A stretch of DNA of 64,000 nt from Candidatus Saccharimonadota bacterium (GCA_016178135.1 JACOTW010000002.1:13043-77042); one strand, 5' to 3'; shown: positions 19,687 to 29,502, numbered from the stretch's first letter. Notes: generated by a model not told the origin, from the letters alone. Translations and numbers: made by a program.

Positions 19687-20433
19687 ATGGACAAAGGGAC
19701 AGGGCCAAAACCAAGAATAAATCTTTTCGGTTATCTGGATGAGACAGGTCTTCTTCATTCCCCAGCAACAGATAAAGTTTTTGGACTCGGCCTGACTATT
19801 TGTCATAATCCCAAAAAACTCCATCGTGATATTATAAACTTTCGTAACAGGCGAAAATACTATAAAGAATTCAAATCGACCGATATCCGCACACAGAACC
19901 TACCTATATACAAAGAGCTTCTTGATATTTTCTTTGATTCCCATAGTGTCAGCTTTTCGGGTCTTCTTTTCGATAAAAAACAGTTAGATCTAAACAAGTA
20001 TTTCAAAGGCGACTACGAGCGGGCATATGGTGTTTATGTAGCAAAACTTATATCGGATGCTTTGGAGGCTGAATCTAGCAAAGGCAGCAATTATATTGTT
20101 GTGCTTGCGGACGATGTTTCAACGAGCAAAGACGATCATTTCGAAAAGGTAGTTAAAGAAAAAGTAAAGATGCGACTTAGGCGTAACGCAGTGTTTGGGG
20201 TGGCAAGACTTGAGTCACATGCCATAACAGAGATTCAGATGACTGATGTGTTGCTTGGTATAGTCGCGTATTCTTTTAAAGTAAAGTTTGGCATGGTAAA
20301 GGGTAAAGGTGCAAAACTAGAGATGGTTAAATATATGCAAAAGAAGTTGGGAGTGTCCAAACTCTCACAAACGCAGAAAATAAAAAAGCGCGGTGGACTG
20401 CGCTTTTTCATCGAGGAATTTCATGCAAAATAA
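19687..20433 (+). CDS. DUF3800 domain protein
   Basis: N-terminal FGYLDETGLL followed by a ...VVLADDVS... layout is typical of DUF3800. The family call is from memory. Confidence 0.55.
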   Translation: MDKGTGPKPRINLFGYLDETGLLHSPATDKVFGLGLTICHNPKKLHRDIINFRNRRKYYKEFKSTDIRTQNLPIYKELLDIFFDSHSVSFSGLLFDKKQLDLNKYFKGDYERAYGVYVAKLISDALEAESSKGSNYIVVLADDVSTSKDDHFEKVVKEKVKMRLRRNAVFGVARLESHAITEIQMTDVLLGIVAYSFKVKFGMVKGKGAKLEMVKYMQKKLGVSKLSQTQKIKKRGGLRFFIEEFHAK

Positions 20434-20698
20434 TAAATACAAAATAAAAATAGATGGCGCTTTGGGTACAATGGTCATCGAAGACCAACCCACGCATTCC
20501 ATCTACAAGTCAAATTTTAACATATGTAAATACTTTCTGTCAATATTTTTTACAACACTTACTAAAGTTGCAAAAGCACTCGATAAAAAAATATAGCAAA
20601 AAAGAACAAAGAGGTTACGTTAAGTAATTAGTAGCAGTAGAAGCCCGTGTGCACACAAAACTATTGCAAAATCTAACAAACTCGTATATTATCGTAGT

Positions 20699-21268
20699 AT
20701 GAGCAAAACAATAAAGCTTGGTGAAGTGGCAGAAATCCAGAGTGGTTATAGCTTTCGTGGCGCTGTTGGCGATGACGGTGCTGGCACTATGGTTGTCCAA
20801 GCACGGGATATAAGTGCCCTTATAATCGGTGTTGATCACTTACCCCGGTTACAACAGGACTTCCCTAAGACAAAGTTGCTTCAAAAAGGTGACTTGCTTT
20901 TGACCTCACGTGGTTCTTTTCGAGCTGGCGTTGCTCGCTTTGACGCTCCTGCCGTGGCTTCATCGTCTTTATTTACGTTGCACCTACGAAACAAAACATA
21001 CCTGCCGGAGTTTGTAGCGCTATTCCTAAATTCTGGCCAAGCTCAGAGTTATATGACGCAGAATGCAAAAGGTGCAACGATTCAAAGCTTGAGCATTAGT
21101 GACCTAGCTGAACTGTCGCTACCGGTCGTTCCGATCGAACGGCAGAAGTTGCTAGTTGGCCTTCAGCAGAATGTCGAGACGCAGACAGCGCTACTGCGGT
21201 CAAAGCTAGATGTCGTGAATGAAATTTATATCGGTGCAATCAGTAAAAGTCTAAAAGGAGTCGCATAA
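20699..21268 (+). CDS. hsdS: type I restriction-modification specificity subunit, half-size (single target recognition domain)
   Basis: 189 aa. IKLGEVAEIQSGYSFRG opens the TRD, and a C-terminal coiled conserved region (IERQKLLVGLQQNVETQTALLRSKL) follows. The stop overlaps the hsdM start. Confidence 0.8.
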   Translation: MSKTIKLGEVAEIQSGYSFRGAVGDDGAGTMVVQARDISALIIGVDHLPRLQQDFPKTKLLQKGDLLLTSRGSFRAGVARFDAPAVASSSLFTLHLRNKTYLPEFVALFLNSGQAQSYMTQNAKGATIQSLSISDLAELSLPVVPIERQKLLVGLQQNVETQTALLRSKLDVVNEIYIGAISKSLKGVA

Positions 21269-22779
21269 TGGTAGCCAAGAAATACAGCCAAACAGAACTT
21301 AACAATATTTTATGGGATGCTGCCGACTCTAGCCGCACCAGCGTGGATGCGGGTATATATAAGGACTACGCACTTACGATGTTGTTCTTTAAGTACCTTA
21401 GTGATAAATCCCAAAAGCAACATGCCGAATACGCCGAGCGCTACGGTGCAGATGAAGACCGCATCGCGTCAAAGATGAAGCAAGATCGCTTCTATCTACC
21501 GCCTGACACCGATTTTGATTACATTTACGCTAAAAAGGAAGAAGACAACATCGGGGAAGAGCTCAATAAGGTCCTGCATCGCATAGAAGAAACCAATAAA
21601 GCCAAGCTAGAAGGCGTCTTCAGTGTAGACTTCAACTCCGAGTCTATTCTGGGCAAACAAGCACAGCGCAACAAGATGCTCCGTCACCTAATCGACGACT
21701 TTTATAAAATTGACCTCAGTGACGCCGACGAAGATATTATCGGTAATTCCTACATGTATCTTATTGAACGATTCGGTGCTGACGCCGGTAAAAAGGCTGG
21801 TGAGTTCTTTACCGTAAAGTCGGTTGCAAAGCTAGTTGCCATGCTTGCACAGCCAAAGCCCGGCGATCGTATAGCTGACCCAGCGATGGGCAGTGGTGGT
21901 CTTCTCTTGTTGGCTGGCGAAGAAGTTGAAAAACAAGGCTCCAACAACTACGCGCTGTATGGTCAGGAGTCAACCGGCAGTACTTTCCAGTTAGCCCGCA
22001 TGAATATGTTCCTTCATGGCAAAGACTCGGCCTATCTGGAATGGGGCGATACACTCAATAACCCTCAACTGGTAGAAAACGACAAACTGATGAAGTTTGA
22101 TGTTTGTGTCGCTAATCCACCATTTTCTCTCAAGAAATGGGGTGCCGAAAATGCCGATAGCGATAAATATAACCGCTTCTGGCGTGGTGTACCGCCAAAG
22201 GATAAGGGTGACTATGCCTTTATTACCCACATGGTTGAAACTGCCAAGCCAAAAAATGGCCGTGTGTCAGTTATTGTGCCGCACGGCGTACTGTTCCGCA
22301 GTGGTGCTGAGGGTAAAATCCGCGAAGCACTACTCAGAGAAAATATTGTAGACGCAGTCATTGGTTTACCGGCTGGCCTATTCCAAACTACCGGTATTCC
22401 TGTGGCAATTCTAATACTCGACCGTTCCCGCGAAGAGGGTGGCAAGAACGCCAACAAGCAAGACGTGTTATTTATCGAAGCGTCGAAAGAATTCAAACCT
22501 GGCAAAGCCCAGAATACGCTGACCCAGGAAAACATCGACAAAATCTATGACACCTACGTTCAGCGTAAAGACGTAGACAAATTTGCCCACGTTGCCAGCT
22601 TAGACGAAATTATTGAAAACGATTTCAACCTTAATATCACGCGGTACGTTGACACTTTCGTAGAAGAGGCAGAAATAGATATTGCGGCTAACCTAGCGGA
22701 ACTAGAAAAGCTTAACCCAGAACTTCAAAAACTTGAGGCCCAGATGAATGATTATCTAAGGCAGCTAGGGATCAATTAA
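21268..22779 (+). CDS. hsdM: type I restriction-modification DNA methyltransferase (N6-adenine)
   Basis: An HsdM N-terminal domain, the AdoMet motif DPAMGSGGLL and the catalytic VANPPFSLKKW are present. Confidence 0.92.
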   Translation: MVAKKYSQTELNNILWDAADSSRTSVDAGIYKDYALTMLFFKYLSDKSQKQHAEYAERYGADEDRIASKMKQDRFYLPPDTDFDYIYAKKEEDNIGEELNKVLHRIEETNKAKLEGVFSVDFNSESILGKQAQRNKMLRHLIDDFYKIDLSDADEDIIGNSYMYLIERFGADAGKKAGEFFTVKSVAKLVAMLAQPKPGDRIADPAMGSGGLLLLAGEEVEKQGSNNYALYGQESTGSTFQLARMNMFLHGKDSAYLEWGDTLNNPQLVENDKLMKFDVCVANPPFSLKKWGAENADSDKYNRFWRGVPPKDKGDYAFITHMVETAKPKNGRVSVIVPHGVLFRSGAEGKIREALLRENIVDAVIGLPAGLFQTTGIPVAILILDRSREEGGKNANKQDVLFIEASKEFKPGKAQNTLTQENIDKIYDTYVQRKDVDKFAHVASLDEIIENDFNLNITRYVDTFVEEAEIDIAANLAELEKLNPELQKLEAQMNDYLRQLGIN

Positions 22780-22780
22780 G

Positions 22781-23839
22781 ATGCCACAGCTAGCAACTCG
22801 ATCTACCTCAAGCGAGACGATGGACGTTGACCCTATTGTTTTAAGGGAAACTACGACTACCAGGTTGATATTTTGCCCTAGTTGGGTTAGCACTTCGGAT
22901 AACCCACTAAGGGGTGGTTTTGTCTTCCAGAGGAAAAGTCGAAGTACCACTTGGGAAAATTTTGAGTCTATTTCACTTGCAAATATGCACATGAACGAAG
23001 AGTACAAGTTGAATCTAGGCGGTGATGAAGTTAGCATGCTGTTAAATTCACTGGACGATATTAACAAACTGCTTATCGAGCACGGCCATTCATATGGTCA
23101 GCGAGTTTTTGAACTTAAAGAGAATAATGCTGGTGGAATCTTCGTACAAATAGGTCAGATAGAAAATCGACAATGGATTGTTGATGAGCTTAAAAAACTG
23201 GAAGCAAACAATTTCGAAAACTTGGGAACTGCTCTAGGCCGTGCGCGTATAGAATTAGCGATTGAAGAGATAGAAAGCAACATGTCTAACGACAGTGAGT
23301 CTTTTTGGCAGGCATTTTTCTCACGCAATACGTGGGTATTACAACAGGTATTTGCTTACCCAGTTTTTTACCTTAACGGAGAAACATATCTAGGTGGTAA
23401 AAATTCAAGCGGCAGAAATGGAGCTGGCGGTACGGCTACAGACTTTCTGTTGAAGCATGGATCAACCGGTAGCTTTGCCGTTATAGAAATTAAAACGCCT
23501 ATGAGTGATCTCATCGGCACCGAGTATAGAGGCACTGATGCAGGGCTTGAAAACCAAATATTTAGTATGCACAAAGAACTGTCGGGTGGAATTGTGCAAA
23601 TGGAGAATCAAATACGTATTGCAGTAGAGGAGTTTGGTGGGCCGCTTACGCGGGATTACCCTGGCTTGAATTACCTTAATCCCTGTGGTGTTTTAATTAT
23701 CGGTAAATATGATGGTCTATCCGATGAGCAAAAGCGCTCCTTCTTCTTATTCAGAAAATCTCTAGGCAAAAATCTTGTTTATACCTATGACGAACTACTT
23801 GAGAAAATCAAGTTACTAAGAGGTGTCTATGAATCATAG
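22781..23839 (+). CDS. Shedu-like DUF4263 PD-(D/E)xK nuclease domain protein embedded in the hsd operon
   Basis: The C-terminal half reads ESFWQAFFSRNTWVLQQVF...ATDFLLKHGSTGSFAVIEIKTP...GVLIIGKYDGLSDEQKRSFFLFRKSLGKNLVYTYDELL, which matches the DUF4263/SduA pattern as I recall it. It starts 2 nt after the hsdM stop and overlaps hsdS by 17 nt. Confidence 0.6.
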   Translation: MPQLATRSTSSETMDVDPIVLRETTTTRLIFCPSWVSTSDNPLRGGFVFQRKSRSTTWENFESISLANMHMNEEYKLNLGGDEVSMLLNSLDDINKLLIEHGHSYGQRVFELKENNAGGIFVQIGQIENRQWIVDELKKLEANNFENLGTALGRARIELAIEEIESNMSNDSESFWQAFFSRNTWVLQQVFAYPVFYLNGETYLGGKNSSGRNGAGGTATDFLLKHGSTGSFAVIEIKTPMSDLIGTEYRGTDAGLENQIFSMHKELSGGIVQMENQIRIAVEEFGGPLTRDYPGLNYLNPCGVLIIGKYDGLSDEQKRSFFLFRKSLGKNLVYTYDELLEKIKLLRGVYES

Positions 23840-25088
23840 TCAAATACCCGATGGTTGGCATGTCAAGAAACTTAAACAGACTGGTGAGGCAATAATCGGT
23901 CTAACGTATTCCCCGAAGGATGTGGTTGACTCTGGTGGAATCGAAGTCTTACGATCGTCTAATGTTCAACACGGTAGGATTGTACTGGATGATCTAGTAA
24001 GGGTTAATGCAAAAATTCCCGAAAAGATTATTCTTCAAGATGGAGATATTCTAGTATGCGCTAGAAACGGTAGCCGTAGACTAATTGGTAAAAATGCTCG
24101 AATTAATAGACACAATATAGGCAAAACATTTGGTGCTTTTATGTGTGTGTATCGATCAGACAATCCGAACTATATGTATTGGGTATTCCAAACTGAGTCT
24201 TTTAGAAAACAGATTGCACGCGACTTAGGCCCAACGATTAATCAAGTAACGACCGGCAATCTTAATTCGTTTAAGTTTGCATTTCCGAGTGAAGACGAAC
24301 AAGCGAGAATTGTCACGGTTTTAGAAGTTTGGGATGAGTATGTTGAAAAATTAGACAAAAAAATTGAACTCAAAAAGAATATTAAAAAAGGTTTAATGCA
24401 GGATTTACTAACTGGCGAGATTCAAATTCCTGGTTTTAATGGAGAGTGGCAAGAAGTCAAATTGGGCGAAAATGGTGAAACGTACGCAGGCCTGTCGGGT
24501 AAAACAAAAGAAGATTTTGGCCAAGGCAAGCCGTATATTACCTACATGAATATATACTCAAATCCAACAGTTGACCAAAACAACTACGAACTTGTTAAAT
24601 TAGACCATGAAGAATCTCAAAATAAAGTCAAATACGGCGACATTCTATTCACGACCTCTTCTGAAACGCCTGAAGAAGTAGGTATTGCTTCTGTTTATCT
24701 AGGAAATGACAGCGAGCTTTATCTAAACAGCTTCTGTTTTGGGTTTAGATTGAAACAACCGGCTAAGCTTTCTCCAAAATTTGCTCGCCATTATTTCAGA
24801 GGTCAGCAGTTTAGGAAAACAATGACACGCATAGCTCAAGGTGCAAGTCGCTATAATCTTTCGAAAAGATACTTCATGGAGACAAAGATCAGGATACCTG
24901 TAGACATTGCGGAGCAAGAGCGCATTGCCGAACTATTAGACAACATAAGTTTTGATATAAAGCTACTGCACGATAAAAGACAACTTGTCCTTAATCAGAA
25001 AAAGTATTTGGTTAATAATCTTATAAGGGGTGATCTACGAACACCGGAAGACTTACGGATATCTATAAAGGAGATGCAGCATGCTTGA
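23823..25088 (+). CDS. hsdS: type I restriction-modification specificity subunit, full-length (two target recognition domains)
   Basis: 421 aa with two TRDs separated by a central conserved helix (EDEQARIVTVLEVWDEYVEKLDKKIELKK). The C-terminal repeat reads IAEQERIAELLDNISFDIKLL. Confidence 0.88.
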   Translation: MSMNHSQIPDGWHVKKLKQTGEAIIGLTYSPKDVVDSGGIEVLRSSNVQHGRIVLDDLVRVNAKIPEKIILQDGDILVCARNGSRRLIGKNARINRHNIGKTFGAFMCVYRSDNPNYMYWVFQTESFRKQIARDLGPTINQVTTGNLNSFKFAFPSEDEQARIVTVLEVWDEYVEKLDKKIELKKNIKKGLMQDLLTGEIQIPGFNGEWQEVKLGENGETYAGLSGKTKEDFGQGKPYITYMNIYSNPTVDQNNYELVKLDHEESQNKVKYGDILFTTSSETPEEVGIASVYLGNDSELYLNSFCFGFRLKQPAKLSPKFARHYFRGQQFRKTMTRIAQGASRYNLSKRYFMETKIRIPVDIAEQERIAELLDNISFDIKLLHDKRQLVLNQKKYLVNNLIRGDLRTPEDLRISIKEMQHA

Positions 25089-28000
25089 GAATGTTAACTT
25101 TGATGAGGCCAGACAGTCGCAACTTACATTTGTTGAGATGCTTATAAATATGGGTTATGCGTATTTGCCGACAGCGGAGCTTATGCGTCAGCGTAGTGGT
25201 GACACTTCGTACTATCTACTAAAAGAAGTTGCTGCAGAATCTTTGATGCGAATCAATGATTACGAGCACCACGGCCAGACGTACAAGTTTACGGAGAAGG
25301 ACGTTGCCGAGACCATTGATGAGCTAGAAAGCCTCCAGCACGAAGGGTTGATAGATACATCCAAAGCCGTTTACAACACCATAATGCCGCTCAAAGGTGG
25401 TAAAACAATCCGTGTTTTCCATGATGGTAAATATGAGTCTAAAAGTTTCCGTTTTATCGACTTTGAACACCCAGAGAATAACCAATTTCATGTAGCTGTG
25501 GAAGTTGAAATCAGCGCCAAGAGCGGTACCCGCCGTCCTGATATCGTTTGTTACATTAACGGTATTCCGTTTGTCGTGATTGAAAATAAGAAATCGAGTA
25601 CCAATGTATCCGATGCCATAAACCAAATGATTCGCAACCAGGGTCCCGACTATAGCCCTAAGTTTTTTATCTATCCACAACTATTGATAGCTACTAACGG
25701 TAAAGACTTACGCTACGGAACTACCGGAACTCCAGCTGAGTTCTACGTTAACTGGCGGGAAAAAGACCACAGCGCCGAAGAAGTTGACGAAAAAGTACGT
25801 AATCTTATCTCCACCAAAATTGATGATGAACAATACACTCAGTTACTGCAAGATCTAAATGGAAATACTCATGGTCACACTCAGCGCCTTGACCGCAAGC
25901 CAACCGAGCAAGACCGTTCCATAATTGCTCTACTCGATAAAAAACGACTGCTAGATATTACTAAGAATTACATCCTATACGATGGCGTTCAAAAAAAAGT
26001 TATGCGCTACCAGCAATTTTTTGCAATCAACCGTGCATTGAAACGTATTGAAGAGAAAGAACCAACCAGCCACGGTGAACGTCGTAAGGGCGGTATCATC
26101 TGGCATACGCAGGGCTCCGGCAAGTCATTGACGATGGTAATGTTCGTTCGCGCTCTAATTGAAGACCCCCGCATAATAAACCCACGCATATTAATTGTTA
26201 CCGACCGTAAAGACTTGGATAGGCAAATTCTTGGGACTTTCCAAAACGCCGGACTCAAGAAAAAAGTGAAGCAAGCCCGCAGTGGTGAGCACTTGCTTGA
26301 ACTCATAAAGTCTAAAGACACAAGCGTTGTCACGACATTAATCCATAAGTTCCAGTCGGCGTCCCGCCGTCGGGCAGACTTTATAGACAACGACCAAAAC
26401 ATTTTTGTACTTATTGACGAGGCGCACCGCTCGCAGCAGGGTGATGCCAATATAGAGATGAATCGTACTATCCCGAACGCCTGCTACATTGCCTTCACTG
26501 GCACCCCACTTCTTAAACGTGAGCAATCACAAAACAAGTTCGGTAGCTTCATTGATAAATACACAATTGATGATGCTCTCGAAGACAATATAGTTCTGCC
26601 ACTCATTTACGAAGGTCGCTACGTAGACCTGCATCAGGATAAAAAAGAGATTGATCGCCAAGCAGACCGTGTCATGGAAGATATGCCTGAATATATTCGA
26701 AAGAAGTTACAAGAATCGGTACAAAAAAGTATCATACAAGATAGTCCAAAACGTATTAATGAAATTGCATATGATATAGAAAAACATTATATTAGTCGCT
26801 TCCAAGGGTATGGACTGAAGGCGCAGATAGTGGCACCGTCCAAATTCTCAGCCATGCTGTTCCAAAAATACTTTAATGATAGTGGCAAGATAAATACAGC
26901 CCTTGTTATATCTGACGAAAATGGCATCATTGACGACAAAGACGAGCACAAAAAAGAAGTCGAAGGCTACCTAAAAGATATTAAGGATAAATACCAAAGC
27001 CTACTTAGCTACGAAAAGGAAGTCATCGATAGCTTCAAGTACAACGACGAAGGTGTAGAAATCCTGATTGTTGTCGACAAACTCCTCACGGGCTTCGATG
27101 CACCGCGTAATACGGTACTTTACCTCGCCAAAGAGCTGAGAGACCATAACTTGCTCCAGGCAATCGCTCGTGTTAACCGCCTGTATGACAACCCAGCTTT
27201 ACCAAAAACAGCGGGTTTCATTATCGACTATTCTGAAAATGCCCAGAACATCCATACTGCTATGCAGCTGTTTGGTAATTACGACGAGACTGACGTTAAA
27301 GGTGCGCTGATTGATGTCAACGAAAAGATACAAGACCTTGAAACCAGCTACGGTGCCTTACACGACATATTCAACGGTATTCAAAGCGACGACGAAGCCT
27401 ACCTACAGCACCTTAACGATGATCCAACTCGCAAAGAATTCTATGCCGCACTTAATAAGTTCGTGCAGGAATTTAGCGAGTGTATGGTATTGCAAGACTT
27501 TGCTCATGAGTTTGAAGACCTTGATATTTATCGTCTAGAACTAAAGAAGTTCATGGAACTTCGAAAAACTGCCACTTTGATGCACGAAGAGCGGGTTGAT
27601 TTTTCGAAGTACAAGAATGCGCTAGTGAAAATAATGGACGACAACATAAAAGCAGACGAAGCTGAGTTATTGACCGAAGAAATTAACATTACTGACAAGG
27701 AATTGTTTGATAAGGCAATTGAAGAAATTGGCTCCGACAAATCCAAGGCCGAAGCTATTGCCGCACAAACCAAACGAACAATTACCGAGAAGTTTAACAC
27801 TGACCCCGAATTTTACGGCAAGTTTTCGAAGAAGATTAGCGAAATCCTTGACGCTATGCGAGCAAAGAAGCTTGCCGACATTGAAGCTCTAAAACAACTT
27901 AAGCTCATAACAGATGAGGTATTAAATAAAAAGGACGATACGTTGCCTTCGGTAGTCGCTGAAACGCCCGGGGTTGATATTCTATATCGCAACCTCCGCG

Positions 28001-28254
28001 CTCATCTTGATTTGGAAGAAATTACTTATATAAAAACCGTACTTGATATATACCAAGTACTAAGCAAAAATGCTCGAGTAGATTGGTGGAAGAATCACGA
28101 AATGAAACGAATCATGCGGAGCAGTATTGACGATTACCTATACGATGAAGTGAAAGTGAAGCTTGGCGTCAACCTTACTGTCGATCAAATTGATTCAATT
28201 GTAGATGACGTCATGAAACTGGCAGAAAATAACTACGAGATATTTGTTAAATGA
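25081..28254 (+). CDS. hsdR: type I restriction enzyme R subunit (helicase-nuclease)
   Basis: The nuclease motif reads RRPDIVCYINGIPFVVIENK. SF2 motifs HTQGSGKS and IDEAHRSQ are present. 1057 aa. Confidence 0.92.
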   Translation: MLENVNFDEARQSQLTFVEMLINMGYAYLPTAELMRQRSGDTSYYLLKEVAAESLMRINDYEHHGQTYKFTEKDVAETIDELESLQHEGLIDTSKAVYNTIMPLKGGKTIRVFHDGKYESKSFRFIDFEHPENNQFHVAVEVEISAKSGTRRPDIVCYINGIPFVVIENKKSSTNVSDAINQMIRNQGPDYSPKFFIYPQLLIATNGKDLRYGTTGTPAEFYVNWREKDHSAEEVDEKVRNLISTKIDDEQYTQLLQDLNGNTHGHTQRLDRKPTEQDRSIIALLDKKRLLDITKNYILYDGVQKKVMRYQQFFAINRALKRIEEKEPTSHGERRKGGIIWHTQGSGKSLTMVMFVRALIEDPRIINPRILIVTDRKDLDRQILGTFQNAGLKKKVKQARSGEHLLELIKSKDTSVVTTLIHKFQSASRRRADFIDNDQNIFVLIDEAHRSQQGDANIEMNRTIPNACYIAFTGTPLLKREQSQNKFGSFIDKYTIDDALEDNIVLPLIYEGRYVDLHQDKKEIDRQADRVMEDMPEYIRKKLQESVQKSIIQDSPKRINEIAYDIEKHYISRFQGYGLKAQIVAPSKFSAMLFQKYFNDSGKINTALVISDENGIIDDKDEHKKEVEGYLKDIKDKYQSLLSYEKEVIDSFKYNDEGVEILIVVDKLLTGFDAPRNTVLYLAKELRDHNLLQAIARVNRLYDNPALPKTAGFIIDYSENAQNIHTAMQLFGNYDETDVKGALIDVNEKIQDLETSYGALHDIFNGIQSDDEAYLQHLNDDPTRKEFYAALNKFVQEFSECMVLQDFAHEFEDLDIYRLELKKFMELRKTATLMHEERVDFSKYKNALVKIMDDNIKADEAELLTEEINITDKELFDKAIEEIGSDKSKAEAIAAQTKRTITEKFNTDPEFYGKFSKKISEILDAMRAKKLADIEALKQLKLITDEVLNKKDDTLPSVVAETPGVDILYRNLRAHLDLEEITYIKTVLDIYQVLSKNARVDWWKNHEMKRIMRSSIDDYLYDEVKVKLGVNLTVDQIDSIVDDVMKLAENNYEIFVK

Positions 28255-28955
28255 CCACCCGAACCTTTGAATATGGCACACATAGTTACATTTATGGGTT
28301 AGTTCGTCAGGACAGAAAAACTTTGAGCCTCACGGTTGAACCTTGTCTAGATATTATCCTGAAAGTTCCGGAAGATGTCGACAATGAGCGAATTGAAAAG
28401 TTTCTGCGTAAGAAATGGATGTGGCTCAATAAACAGCTGACCTTTTTCGAGAAATATCGCAAGAAGTATTACCAGAAAGAATATGTCTCGGGCGAGAGTT
28501 TTTATTACCTAGGCCGGCAATACAAATTGATCGTAGTTAATGGCGATAAAAACTCGGTTGCGCTGAGTAAGGGCAAGCTTACAATTACGACGGGTAAAAA
28601 TACTTCTGACGGTAAATATAACCGGACATTGCTCGAGCGATGGTATAAGCAACGTAGACACGCTGTATTTACTGAACGTTACGCTGAAGTCCTGACACAT
28701 TTTGATTACAAATTCACTCCGGAGTTAACCGTACGCGTAATGGCACGACGCTGGGGTAGCTATATCAAGGGCGAGCGCATCATATTGAATCCGCTACTAA
28801 TTCAGGCTCCCAAAGAAGCCATAGACTACGTAATTACCCACGAACTTTGCCACATGAAGTATAAAAACCACGACCCGCGGTTCTTTCAGCTTATGGATAC
28901 TAAATATACAGGTTGGCGCAAGACTAAGGAAAAGCTGGAGCTACTAGTCGCATGA
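28251..28955 (+). CDS. YgjP-like (DUF45/M48-related) zinc metallohydrolase
   Basis: Carries HELCHM(x)...H near the C-terminus. ATGA overlap with hsdR. This family is commonly linked to type I R-M loci. Confidence 0.75.
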   Translation: MTTRTFEYGTHSYIYGLVRQDRKTLSLTVEPCLDIILKVPEDVDNERIEKFLRKKWMWLNKQLTFFEKYRKKYYQKEYVSGESFYYLGRQYKLIVVNGDKNSVALSKGKLTITTGKNTSDGKYNRTLLERWYKQRRHAVFTERYAEVLTHFDYKFTPELTVRVMARRWGSYIKGERIILNPLLIQAPKEAIDYVITHELCHMKYKNHDPRFFQLMDTKYTGWRKTKEKLELLVA

Positions 28956-28982
28956 TTGAATGTAAAAACAGGGAGAAAACTA

Positions 28983-29216
28983 ATGAGTGAATGTATTTGT
29001 TCTGTCTGCGGGCACGACGAATCAAAATGTAGTCCCGACGAAACGTATCGTCGGGCAAAAGAACTGATCGGGTTTAAGAAAAAGGCATCTGCCGCACTAT
29101 TACAGCGCGACCTTAAAATAAGCTACGCTAAATCCGCAGATATATTGGATGAACTAGAGGCGGAAGGCCTGGTTGGTCCGGCCGATGACGCACAGCCTAG
29201 ACAAGTTTTACTATAG
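28983..29216 (+). CDS. stand-alone FtsK-gamma-like winged-helix protein with an N-terminal Cys cluster
   Basis: ASAALLQRDLKISYAKSADILDELEAEGLVGPADDAQPRQVLL parallels the gamma domain of the adjacent FtsK ([43 protein letters not shown]). The N-terminus is CICSVCGHDESKC. A GGGAG sequence lies upstream of the ATG at 28983. Confidence 0.65.
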   Translation: MSECICSVCGHDESKCSPDETYRRAKELIGFKKKASAALLQRDLKISYAKSADILDELEAEGLVGPADDAQPRQVLL

Positions 29217-29381
29217 TGCAAAGTTCTACAGAAAAATTAATGGAGACCTCGCACTCAAGAATATAATCGCTGATAAAATTTTTGAAGAAATGTACGCACA
29301 AAAACACCAATAAGAAAGGATGTAAATGAGCAGAAACCGTTTGTGATGGTTTTTGGCATACGTTATTCCTTCCGGGTTCCG

Positions 29382-29410
29382 TTGACAAGTGTTGTAAAAT
29401 TGGCTATAAT
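29382..29410 (+). promoter_or_regulatory. Consensus sigma-70-type promoter upstream of ftsK
   Basis: TTGACA at 29382-29387, a 17-nt spacer, then TATAAT at 29405-29410. Confidence 0.55.
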
Positions 29411-29490
29411 AGGGCTTACGTACTTTTTCGTGGCAATAGACTGGACCTGCCGCACCCGTTATCTACGAAAAAATGTGTAAATCCTATATA
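29409..29490 (+). repeat. Short hairpin element with GGCTTACG-type termini in the ftsK 5' leader
   Basis: AGGGCTTACGTACTTTTTCGT pairs with ACGAAAAAATGTGTAAATCCT, and most mismatches are G-U compatible on the + strand. The termini resemble the type B ends. Confidence 0.45.
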
Positions 29491-29502
29491 ATAAGATCAG
29501 CA

